IMG/VR virus record: IMGVR_UViG_3300045988_029035
Location: 1 to 13,547 of that record
DNA: 13,547 nucleotides
Source: a virus
Direction: 5' to 3' (one strand)
Part shown: positions 1 to 7,373 of the stretch, piece by piece
Position numbering within the stretch: the first letter of the stretch is position 1
Layout of the letters: every line of letters starts with the position of its first letter
The notes under the pieces: model-generated
What the model was told of the DNA's origin: nothing
Databases searched by the model: none
What the model saw: the letters and a program-made list of their open reading frames with translations, nothing else
Made by a program: the position numbers and the translations under genes

Positions 1-111
1 GGGACACGTAATAGCAGATTGCACAAAATTTTCTTCCCCAACGCACCAATTTTTGTGCAAAATGTCAATAGACACAAAATATAGTGCCCACGCCCCATAG
101 GGTAGGGGAGT
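1..111. repeat. Left inverted terminal repeat (ITR-L), 111 bp
   Basis: Checked base by base: bases 1-111 are the reverse complement of 13437-13547, and identity breaks at 112/13436. The terminus reads 5'-GGGACACG. An internal 10-bp inverted repeat pairs 19-28 (TTGCACAAAA) with 51-60 (TTTTGTGCAA). Confidence 0.97.
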
Positions 112-117
112 GGGCAC
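72..117 (-). terminator. Intrinsic terminator after the tail appendage gene, straddling the ITR boundary
   Basis: The minus strand reads GTGCCCAC-t-CCCC-taccctat-GGGG-c-GTGGGCAC followed by TATATTTTGTGT. The 5' arm is 117..110, the 3' arm is 91..84 and the U-tract is 83..72. It lies 15 nt downstream of the TAA at 132-134. Confidence 0.7.
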
Positions 118-131
118 AAGATACAATATAA

Positions 132-2438
132 TTACACGTTAGTTGTGGCCATTTTCTGCAAGTCGCTTTCCTGGTTAGATAGTTCGAGACCTGCTACAAC
201 GTTGCATCCTATGATGTTGCGCTGACCCGCTGAATCAAAGTGCATCCCGGCTGTGTAGAATTGTGCGGGTGCAAGAGGGATAATCGAATTAAAAAATACT
301 CTGTTATCGACACTGCCGTTAATGAAAGAAAAAGCGGCTGTCTCTGTGAATTTTGTAGTGCGCTGAACTACGTTTTTTGTAATCTGACATGCGGCAGACT
401 GCAACGCAACAATACACTGATCTACATTGATAAATTGGCAATTATCAATAATGCAACCTCTCGCATTAGTCAGCTGAACTCCGACGCAAGATTGTGTACC
501 GATAAATTGGCAGTTGCTTACGACGCCCGACGAATGCTGGAATTCCACCATACGATCACGGGCATTGAAATAGCAACCTTCAACAGTAATCTGGCTTTCT
601 CCTGCATTGTTGACATACAGTCCGCGGTTACACTGGTCTGCGATATAACCAGTAATCCAGATATTCCATACCGGGTTACCGCCACTTTTAGTAAAAATCT
701 GTATTGCTGTTTGAGCATGCGAGCACTCGCATCTATCAATGTAGACGTCGCGTATGTCATCGGAGTTGTACAGATTAAATTGTTGATTGTCGCCCGTCAG
801 ATTGTTAAAGCTACTGATACAGTTATAGAATCTGATGGACGCATTGCCACTAATTCCAGAGGCTCCCCCGCTGGATTCATCCAGAAGGAACGACGAATAT
901 GGGTTAGCCGATGTATAAAAAGTGTCGTGAACGACATTTTTTGTATAGGCGTTGATCGTGTTAATATAGCGTGCCACGCGTCGGCCACCTATACAATGTA
1001 TATTATCAATAGTGACGCGCTCTGCGTACTGTACGACGAAAAATTCCTGTACACTTTCTTCGGTTGCTACAAAAGTAGCATTGCGCACCGACAGTCTCTC
1101 CACATGAGATGCGGGGCTGTCGCCCGTTATATTGATAACACCATTAGGGCCGAATCCAACAGTATTATTGCAAAAGTCATAGGACGTGTGTTCATCAACT
1201 CGTACAGGGGCCTCAATTTTATAAATGGTATCGACCGCAGGTTTTCCATTTTCAATATGCCAGCTACCGGAAGTAGGAAATTTAATTACACCTGCAAAAG
1301 TCTGAATCGAGCCCCCGCGGAAAACATCTGCAATACTGGTATCAATATACCAGTCGGCGATTGTCTCTCCTGCTCTGATCAGGAACTTGCCGCCGTTTTT
1401 CTGGCGGAAGTGCAGGGTGCAGGGGGCCACAGGTTCACCAATCGTCAACATCACGCCGGACGCTACCACAATAGCGCCGCTGGTCATGAGCGGCGATCCG
1501 ATGTTAATTGCACCCGTAATAATGTACTCGCCATCAGGAATAAAAAGATCTTTGCCAGATGCAATGGCAGTTGAGAACGCAATAGTATCATCTGTAGTAC
1601 CGTCGCCCTTCGCACCATAGCTTTTAACGTTAGCGTAGTCAAGGACTTGTTTAGCATCCTGCTGTAACTGTTCAATGCTGTTCTGGAGGCCGTTGTCTGC
1701 GTTCTCCCGGGCCGTCTGCTCCGCACCAATAGCTGTCTGGAGCTGCGTGTCGGCGTTCTCTCTGGCCGTTTTCTCTGTGTCAATAGCCGTCTGAAGGTCG
1801 TTGTCTGCGTTCTCTCTGGCCTGCTTTTCGGTGTCAATAGCCGTCTGAAGGTCGTTGTCTGCGTTCTCTCTGGCCGTCTGCTCGGCGGTCAAGCGCTCAT
1901 TAAATGCAGTAAGCAGGTAATGTAGCACCTCATTAAATGTAGTAAGCAGGTAATGTAGCACCTCATTGGTAGAGCTGCTCACGCAGTTAGAGCCGGGTAC
2001 GTAGGCGTCACCCGCCTTCATTGCGGCAGTGATGCGCACCAGCAATCCGTTGACCCAAACAAGATCGTCAATGGCTCTTGCGGCTGTTGCGGTTGCACTG
2101 TGCCCTTCGTCTATGGGTGTAATCGCTTTTTTCACATTGGACCACAGCTCATCAAAGTTACCGATTTTTGTCCAGTATTCGGTGCGATCAAGAGAAACAC
2201 CGGACGGCACCGGCTGTACGGAAAGGTATGCGTTGCCGATGCTATCCACTACAACCGTGTTAGCCTCATACTGGCTCGTGATGTCCCACTGAATGGGGTT
2301 CGCGTATTTGATCGTGGCCAGACTGACGAAGTTCGTCAATTTTGTGTTGAACTCGTTCAGTACCTCGATAATCCAATCCAGATTGAGATCGTGGAAATTG
2401 GTGTAGGGTGCTTTGTGAATAGGATTGATGATACCCAT
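132..2438 (-). CDS. Tail fibre / pre-neck-appendage-like tailspike with a pectate-lyase-type parallel beta-helix (768 aa)
   Basis: The ORF track opens at a TTG (2471). I prefer the ATG at 2438 (MGIINPIHK...), which has AAGGAG 10 nt upstream overlapping the TAA of the upstream gene. The protein contains NVKSYGAKGDGTTDDTIAF, a pectate-lyase-superfamily cap motif typical of phi29 gp12-class appendages. It also has Cys/Asn-rich beta-helix rungs (NCQFIG...NCQFIN) and 18-aa coiled-coil repeats. It is the last gene of the late operon. Confidence 0.85.
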   Translation of the reverse strand: MGIINPIHKAPYTNFHDLNLDWIIEVLNEFNTKLTNFVSLATIKYANPIQWDITSQYEANTVVVDSIGNAYLSVQPVPSGVSLDRTEYWTKIGNFDELWSNVKKAITPIDEGHSATATAARAIDDLVWVNGLLVRITAAMKAGDAYVPGSNCVSSSTNEVLHYLLTTFNEVLHYLLTAFNERLTAEQTARENADNDLQTAIDTEKQARENADNDLQTAIDTEKTARENADTQLQTAIGAEQTARENADNGLQNSIEQLQQDAKQVLDYANVKSYGAKGDGTTDDTIAFSTAIASGKDLFIPDGEYIITGAINIGSPLMTSGAIVVASGVMLTIGEPVAPCTLHFRQKNGGKFLIRAGETIADWYIDTSIADVFRGGSIQTFAGVIKFPTSGSWHIENGKPAVDTIYKIEAPVRVDEHTSYDFCNNTVGFGPNGVINITGDSPASHVERLSVRNATFVATEESVQEFFVVQYAERVTIDNIHCIGGRRVARYINTINAYTKNVVHDTFYTSANPYSSFLLDESSGGASGISGNASIRFYNCISSFNNLTGDNQQFNLYNSDDIRDVYIDRCECSHAQTAIQIFTKSGGNPVWNIWITGYIADQCNRGLYVNNAGESQITVEGCYFNARDRMVEFQHSSGVVSNCQFIGTQSCVGVQLTNARGCIIDNCQFINVDQCIVALQSAACQITKNVVQRTTKFTETAAFSFINGSVDNRVFFNSIIPLAPAQFYTAGMHFDSAGQRNIIGCNVVAGLELSNQESDLQKMATTNV
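1695..1886. repeat. Imperfect 54-bp tandem repeats (about 3.5 copies) inside the tail fibre gene
   Basis: Units start at 1695, 1749, 1803 and 1857, each beginning GTC(T/G)GCGTTCTC. They encode the 18-aa repeats (E/K)(Q/K)TARENADNDLQTAIDT, a coiled-coil stalk. Confidence 0.9.
1898..1963. repeat. 33-bp tandem duplication inside the tail fibre gene
   Basis: 1898-1930 is CATTAAATGCAGTAAGCAGGTAATGTAGCACCT. 1931-1963 is identical except for one C/T difference. The duplication encodes NEVLHYLLT(T/A)F twice. Confidence 0.95.
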
Positions 2439-2452
2439 TTTATTGCATCTCC

Positions 2453-3142
2453 TTAATATACCAGCAAACAAAAGTTTGCCCGGATGTCCGTGACGATTTT
2501 ATGAACGGCATTTTCCATTGCAAGGGTCAACTCTTTGGAAATAAGGTCTTGCGGGTCCCGTCCTGCCCGGCCCTTCTCGGTCACGGTGTTGTTATAGCCG
2601 TCGTGCAACTCCGAGGTGTTGTTATCGGAGGTTGTCTGATCGGTGGTGGTTGTGTCGGTGCCGCTGCTGGTAATGGTGTTCCCAGTACCTAGGGCCGTCG
2701 TGCTCCTCTCCGCGGTTTGCAATGTCCCACTGTCGAACCCCGTGACGTCCCGGGTGGTGCTGTCACTGCCGTTATTCTGGCCGGTGGTGGTCAGGTTAGG
2801 CGCTCGGGTAGTTGTCCCCTTCACGCCGATTGTTCGGTTGATCGTGCCGCCGCTGTTTCCTGTATGGTCGGTGGTTCTGGTTCGGTCATCGGACGACAGC
2901 GCGTCGTATTCAAGGCCCAGCGCGTCAGCGTACCGGGTCCAGCTCGGAAGCATGGTTTCAGAATAGACGCCCAGCGCCCGACGCATCGTGGGGCCGTCCG
3001 CATATAGAACCTCTAATTCCATTGTATCAAACAGTAATTGATTGCAGGCAGTTTCTTTAGATACACTGACGGGGACTTTCAAGTCATCGAACAGCTCCGG
3101 GTATCCTGCCAACAACCCGTTAAAGCTCAAGGTTGCGTGCAT
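2453..3142 (-). CDS. Putative lower collar / tail tube adaptor protein (229 aa)
   Basis: The ATG at 3142 has AGGAGGTG 7 nt upstream. It overlaps the connector gene by 23 nt. It sits immediately after the connector gene, like phi29 gene 11. The central ~100 aa are rich in T/S/G/N. The function is assigned by synteny only. Confidence 0.5.
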   Translation of the reverse strand: MHATLSFNGLLAGYPELFDDLKVPVSVSKETACNQLLFDTMELEVLYADGPTMRRALGVYSETMLPSWTRYADALGLEYDALSSDDRTRTTDHTGNSGGTINRTIGVKGTTTRAPNLTTTGQNNGSDSTTRDVTGFDSGTLQTAERSTTALGTGNTITSSGTDTTTTDQTTSDNNTSELHDGYNNTVTEKGRAGRDPQDLISKELTLAMENAVHKIVTDIRANFCLLVY

Positions 3143-4061
3143 CGTTGTTCACCTCCTGCGTATTAGTATCGGGCGGGAACCTCCAATCGACCCACAAAAT
3201 AGACTTATCAATTCCAAACAGTTTTTGAACCCGTTCGCACCCACGCTGTAAGCTGTCCAACCAGAGCGACGCCTTAGCGGCTGTTTCAACGTTGTTAGAA
3301 TTGACTTCGTCGGTCAACATCCTCTCTTTTTTGCTGGTATTGGTATTCGGAATACCGACCTCGGTGTCAAATAGTGCTTTAATGGTTTTAAGAGCGGTTA
3401 GCAGTTCGTTGGTGATGAAGTTCCCTTTGAGGTCTGTTGCAAAATACATCCATGGGGCTTGCCCGGCCGCCCCATTCTTGGGCGCTTTGAGCAAAGAAGA
3501 ATCAACAAAAACGGCGGGGTCGCCCTGCATGATCTCGTCGAACATCTTTTTGAAAGATTCCGCACCCGCTTTGTTGCCTGCCGCAAACACGTAGGCAAGG
3601 CGGCTATTGATTAAATTGCTCTGGATGGTCTGGGCGGCAAGGGCCATCATATCCCCATAGTAGGCCACAATATCAACTATTCCACGGTAATCGGGCTGCA
3701 AATTGATGATCTCGCATTGTTTCCCGATCTGCAAATATGGAGACCCTTTAATAAAGGGGTTAGCAATGATAGAGTGTGTGGGATTGTAAAAAATGTTAAT
3801 GCCGGTAAGTCCCATTCGGTCATATACGAGGCCGTATCGGTCAGTGTTGAACACCGTTACACCGCCAGAACCGAAAACAAGATACTGCAAGCGGTTACAG
3901 GGCCAGGTGTCGGGGAGTGTCCATCGGACCATAGACACGGCCTCAAGAAACAGATACTTGCGGAAATAATAGGATAAGCTATTACCCTTGGTGTGCATCA
4001 CGGAGGGAGTCACCGGAGACACATGTGCGTTAATTTGTTCGTAACTATAGGGAGCACTCAC
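3120..4061 (-). CDS. Portal / upper collar connector protein, phi29 gp10-like (313 aa)
   Basis: The GTG start at 4061 has GGGAGG 9 nt upstream and forms a GTGA overlap with the upstream stop. Length is 313 aa versus 309 aa for phi29 gp10. The segment NTSKKERMLTDEVNSNNVETAAKASLWLDSLQRGCERVQKLFGID matches the gp10 segment I recall as [45 protein letters not shown]. Confidence 0.88.
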   Translation of the reverse strand: MSAPYSYEQINAHVSPVTPSVMHTKGNSLSYYFRKYLFLEAVSMVRWTLPDTWPCNRLQYLVFGSGGVTVFNTDRYGLVYDRMGLTGINIFYNPTHSIIANPFIKGSPYLQIGKQCEIINLQPDYRGIVDIVAYYGDMMALAAQTIQSNLINSRLAYVFAAGNKAGAESFKKMFDEIMQGDPAVFVDSSLLKAPKNGAAGQAPWMYFATDLKGNFITNELLTALKTIKALFDTEVGIPNTNTSKKERMLTDEVNSNNVETAAKASLWLDSLQRGCERVQKLFGIDKSILWVDWRFPPDTNTQEVNNDARNLEL

Positions 4062-4633
4062 AACAGATGACCTCCCTTCGCCATCTTAAACAGCAACCAT
4101 ACCGGCAATTTGCCAGTAGGTCCCGGGCCGGGACCCGGCCCGGGACCCGGCCCGGGACCCGGCCCGGGATCCGGGTTAGGGCCTCCGCCCGAGTCCCACT
4201 CTACGTCCCATGTGCCGACCTGATTCGGGATTCTGATAATGCTGGACGGGTCCCTCAGGTTTCCAGCTGCATCGGCATACTCCCAGTGCGTGTGAATGCC
4301 CGTGACGTAGCCGGTTTGTCCCTGTGTGCCGATAAACTGCCCCTTGGAGATCGTGTCGCCCACGTTCCAAATTTGTGAGGCAAAGTGCGCGGCCCGCCAT
4401 GTCGTGCCGTCGGCCATCCGTACTTTAATCATGTTGCCCCACGACTGATCGCCCGAGGTGCTGCCATTCCAGTGCTGAGCCACGACCACAACGCCAGACT
4501 CGGGCGCATAGGCTTTATGATCTCCGTGGACTGTGTCAATTCCCCGGTGGGGGCTACCGTCAGAGTATGCCGGATACCCGGCGGTGACTCTGATCGGTGA
4601 TACATCAGTAATACACTGTTTATATACTGCCAT
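4058..4633 (-). CDS. M23 (LytM-type) zinc metallopeptidase, a peptidoglycan hydrolase, with a C-terminal (GP)n linker (191 aa)
   Basis: The ATG at 4633 has AGGAGG 8 nt upstream. The M23 zinc-ligand motifs are present: HRGID (HxxxD) and HTHWEY (HxH). The C-terminus is GPNPDPGPGPGPGPGPGPGPGPTG followed by KLPVWLLFKMAKGGHLL. It lies in the tail module, like the M23 domain of phi29 gp13. Confidence 0.88.
   Translation of the reverse strand: MAVYKQCITDVSPIRVTAGYPAYSDGSPHRGIDTVHGDHKAYAPESGVVVVAQHWNGSTSGDQSWGNMIKVRMADGTTWRAAHFASQIWNVGDTISKGQFIGTQGQTGYVTGIHTHWEYADAAGNLRDPSSIIRIPNQVGTWDVEWDSGGGPNPDPGPGPGPGPGPGPGPGPTGKLPVWLLFKMAKGGHLL
4117..4176. repeat. 12-bp GC-rich tandem repeat encoding the (GP)n linker
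   Basis: The unit CGGGACCCGGCC is perfect at 4129-4140, 4141-4152 and 4153-4164, with degenerate copies on both sides. The array is full of CCCGGG palindromes. Confidence 0.9.
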
Positions 4634-4645
4634 AATTTACGCCTC

Positions 4646-6049
4646 CTACTCTAAAAAGAATCCATTTTTCATATAGCTTTTAACGCTGTCAATCTCGGCG
4701 GCAGTCGCGGTTAATGCGATGTCGGGGTCATCTACCATAATGAACCCCGGAATACTGAACAGTTGGACGCGCTTGCAAAGGGGCCTGCCGTGGTCCTCAT
4801 TGTTGTCGTCCACAAGAATTTTAAACCGGGCAACTATATAAGGGATTGTATCAAAAGCTATTGTGGACCCCGTAGCGCCCTTGCTCGCTACATCTGCATT
4901 AGTTGCCTGTGCAGCATTTAAAATACCATTTCCGACGTCTGAAATAGAACCACCGGATAACGCGGCCTGTAGACCTCCAAACGCAGCAGCAATACCGGTT
5001 TGAAGCAGTCCATTGTTACCTGAGGGGATGCCAAAAGTAATATTAGATAGTTGAATAGAAACACCTAATTTTGCTGTCGTTTCGTGTACTAACTGATTCG
5101 CGTTGGTGAATATACGTAAAATACTGTCGCCGGTAAAAAGGTCAGTCACATATTGTATAGATAATGTTGTGGCGCCCCACAGTTTAGATGCATCAAGAGG
5201 TATCACTCCAAAGGGCTGCAAGAAGATAGTGTAGTCCGTGTAGGGGGAGGCATTACAATACCCTCCGCGGCTTGCCGCTTGAGGGTGCTTCGGGATACTC
5301 ACGCTCACCGATTTTGTTAATTTGTTATTATCTTCTCCCAAAATCCAGCACGGGACGTCCACCGACCACCACCCCACATCGACACTAGAAACAAGCGGCA
5401 AATGCGCGGTGATTTCTGCAATGTTAAATGGATAATAGTTGCAACTGACGATATATTGATATGGATTAAAAAGGACCTTTGTTAAATTGTCGCTAATTTC
5501 TGAATTGTCAATACTAAGGTATGACACATTAGTCAGCAATTTTGCAGATAGTTTTTTGGCATTTGTAGGGGTCATTACTGCATATGTAATAGCCCCAATG
5601 GAGTTTGCGGCTTTAGCTATAAACCCAATAACAAAGAATCCCCCGCTAATTGTTTCCGCAAAGCCACCTTGAAAAGCGGTTGTTACACTTTGCACTTTAG
5701 CCGATGCCGGGTAAAGTCCATCTGAAATTGTACCATCATACTGCGCCGACGATCTTGTGACATACTCCGTACTATTGCCGATCTGTTCCCGGTAGCTAGC
5801 AAGAGTGTCAACAGTCAGCGACGCATTCCAAAGCCCGTCCGAATATGTCCAGTTCTTCACCCAGTAATACCGGCTGAACGTGGGAAGGTAACAATAATTG
5901 AACCCGGTGGGGTCACTCTGTGTTGCAATTTTGATCTCGGGGTCAATGATATTGCAGGGGGCCTTAAGGTCGATTCCGAACCCTTGCCCACCGCTGGGCA
6001 GCTTTGTGCTATTGGTGCGCTTTGCGAACTGATAAAAGGTAGCTTGCAT
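4646..6049 (-). CDS. Putative tail knob / distal tail protein, phi29 gp9-like (467 aa)
   Basis: The ATG at 6049 follows AGGAGGTG. The TAG stop overlaps the next gene's RBS. The gene sits between the capsid and connector genes, as phi29 gene 9 does. A Gly/Ala-rich loop (GIAAAFGGLQAALSGGSISDVGNG) and the C-terminal ...AEIDSVKSYMKNGFFLE resemble what I recall of the gp9 C-terminal part (...DLQEIRTIFDNGITLW). Confidence 0.6.
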   Translation of the reverse strand: MQATFYQFAKRTNSTKLPSGGQGFGIDLKAPCNIIDPEIKIATQSDPTGFNYCYLPTFSRYYWVKNWTYSDGLWNASLTVDTLASYREQIGNSTEYVTRSSAQYDGTISDGLYPASAKVQSVTTAFQGGFAETISGGFFVIGFIAKAANSIGAITYAVMTPTNAKKLSAKLLTNVSYLSIDNSEISDNLTKVLFNPYQYIVSCNYYPFNIAEITAHLPLVSSVDVGWWSVDVPCWILGEDNNKLTKSVSVSIPKHPQAASRGGYCNASPYTDYTIFLQPFGVIPLDASKLWGATTLSIQYVTDLFTGDSILRIFTNANQLVHETTAKLGVSIQLSNITFGIPSGNNGLLQTGIAAAFGGLQAALSGGSISDVGNGILNAAQATNADVASKGATGSTIAFDTIPYIVARFKILVDDNNEDHGRPLCKRVQLFSIPGFIMVDDPDIALTATAAEIDSVKSYMKNGFFLE

Positions 6050-6060
6050 TTTGCACCTCC

Positions 6061-6092
6061 TATAAAATAACCGGCGGGCGACGCCCGCCGGT
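6061..6092 (-). terminator. Intrinsic terminator after the major capsid gene
   Basis: The minus strand reads ACCGGCGGGCG-t-CGCCCGCCGGT (6092..6070), followed directly by TATTTTATA and then the RBS of the next gene. It lies 5 nt downstream of the capsid stop. Confidence 0.85.
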
Positions 6093-6097
6093 GCTTG

Positions 6098-7372
6098 TCA
6101 GGACTTAGAGGGGTCCGCGTCCTTGTACGTGGTGGTTTTCAGGGTGGAGGCTTTCGCCGCACGGGAAGAGCTCGGGGCGGTGACGTCGCCGGAGGTCATC
6201 AGGAACAGAACGGAGTTCTCGGTGAAGTCATCGTACCACGACCACCCGTAGTGATACCAGAAGTTAGTGTACAGGCCGCGGGCGTTCATGGGGGTCGGGA
6301 CCACACGAGACAGCTTCGGAGTGTAGCCGATGGCATCCCAGTCCAGCAGACACCCGAAAACATTCGACAGCTGCACCGCTTCATTCTTGGATGCCACACC
6401 GGCGGCAGTGGTCACGACAGGCGTTGCGGAAATGGTCTCGCGCTCGTCGATGTTCTGCCAGAACGTGACCTGTTCGGCGTCGCGGTACTTCAGCATATTA
6501 TCGTGGAATACCTCGGGAATCACGCGGGCGTCGATCTGGCTCTGCGTGCCGCTGTACAGATAGAGGTGCTGACGATCATACGGAGTGTGTCGCATGATGT
6601 TGCACGTCGTGCCGTCGATCACCCAATTCTGATGCCAGTTGGTAGACCGCTCTTTCATAAGGCGGGAAATGTCGTTGATACGGCCATAGGCGTACTTTGC
6701 AAAACCCGGGAAATTCGCTTCTTTGTAAACGTCCTGCACCTTCAGTTGGGTGCCCTGCTGAACGTTGTACTCGTCGAGCAGATACACAACGCTGTTGGGG
6801 CTGGTCACCGTCATGCCGGTCAGATGGTTCGCCATTAGGTTGTTGGCAAGGTTGCGCCGGTCAGCCTCGATCTGGTTCGACAGGTGAAGCACGAAGGACG
6901 ACCAGAACTGCGCCAGTTCCTCGGGGCCCCTAAATGCTGCCTCCATCTGGGTATCAGCCTGCGTGTACACGCGGCTGTAATTGGTCTGGCCGTAGTAGTT
7001 TGTCTGGAGGACTTTGGGCTTGTGGACTTCGTACATGTCCACGCTCTTGCCGTCCTCCAGCGCCCACGCCTTATCGGTGACGGGGTCGCTGTCGCAGAAA
7101 TTGATCTTCCGCACATGGTTCGACCAGTCGTCGCCCGTGACCTGCAAGCGCTTCAATGGTGCATCGTAGGGGCGGACGGCAAAAATGGTACGGCCCAACA
7201 CCTGGCTGATTGCTTTGGTGTAATTGTCGGGGCCGGTCAGCAACGTGGCCTGCGCAACAGACACAAAGCTAGACGTGTCCACGATGGGCGACGTCGGCGT
7301 CTGGCCAGTGGCAAGCTTATTAATCTCCGTCAAAATTGCGGCAATGTCCGCAAAATCCATACCCATGGGCAT
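6098..7372 (-). CDS. Major capsid protein, phi29 gp8-like HK97 fold (424 aa)
   Basis: The ATG at 7372 has GGAGGTG 7 nt upstream. It lies directly downstream of the scaffold gene and is followed by a strong terminator. The segment PMNARGLYTNFWYHYGWSWYDDFTENSVLFLMTSGDVTAP matches the gp8 segment I recall as [37 protein letters not shown]. The protein ends about 30 aa after this point, so it appears to lack the C-terminal Ig-like domain of gp8. Confidence 0.85.
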   Translation of the reverse strand: MPMGMDFADIAAILTEINKLATGQTPTSPIVDTSSFVSVAQATLLTGPDNYTKAISQVLGRTIFAVRPYDAPLKRLQVTGDDWSNHVRKINFCDSDPVTDKAWALEDGKSVDMYEVHKPKVLQTNYYGQTNYSRVYTQADTQMEAAFRGPEELAQFWSSFVLHLSNQIEADRRNLANNLMANHLTGMTVTSPNSVVYLLDEYNVQQGTQLKVQDVYKEANFPGFAKYAYGRINDISRLMKERSTNWHQNWVIDGTTCNIMRHTPYDRQHLYLYSGTQSQIDARVIPEVFHDNMLKYRDAEQVTFWQNIDERETISATPVVTTAAGVASKNEAVQLSNVFGCLLDWDAIGYTPKLSRVVPTPMNARGLYTNFWYHYGWSWYDDFTENSVLFLMTSGDVTAPSSSRAAKASTLKTTTYKDADPSKS

Positions 7373-7373
7373 C

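Noticed and set aside
63-68. Outward-facing TTGACA hexamer in each ITR (63-68 on the minus strand; 13480-13485 on the plus strand) as a promoter for an end-directed RNA like phi29 pRNA
   Set aside because: No acceptable -10 element lies 16-18 nt downstream (TGCGTT or GTGCGT), and only about 60 nt remain to the genome end.
240-1574. 444-aa plus-strand ORF, together with other long plus-strand ORFs (6095-6838, 6884-7408, 9606-10037, 10092-10556, 12541-12969)
   Set aside because: They are antisense shadows of well-supported minus-strand genes with recognisable domains. They have no Shine-Dalgarno sites and their composition is Cys/Arg-rich and unlike real proteins.
1637-1642. TTGACT-17-TATGGT and several TTGACA hexamers inside coding regions (e.g. 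near 1637, 4688, 5508) as internal promoters
   Set aside because: The -10 elements are poor or the spacing is wrong. Such hexamers are expected by chance in 27 kb of two-strand sequence.
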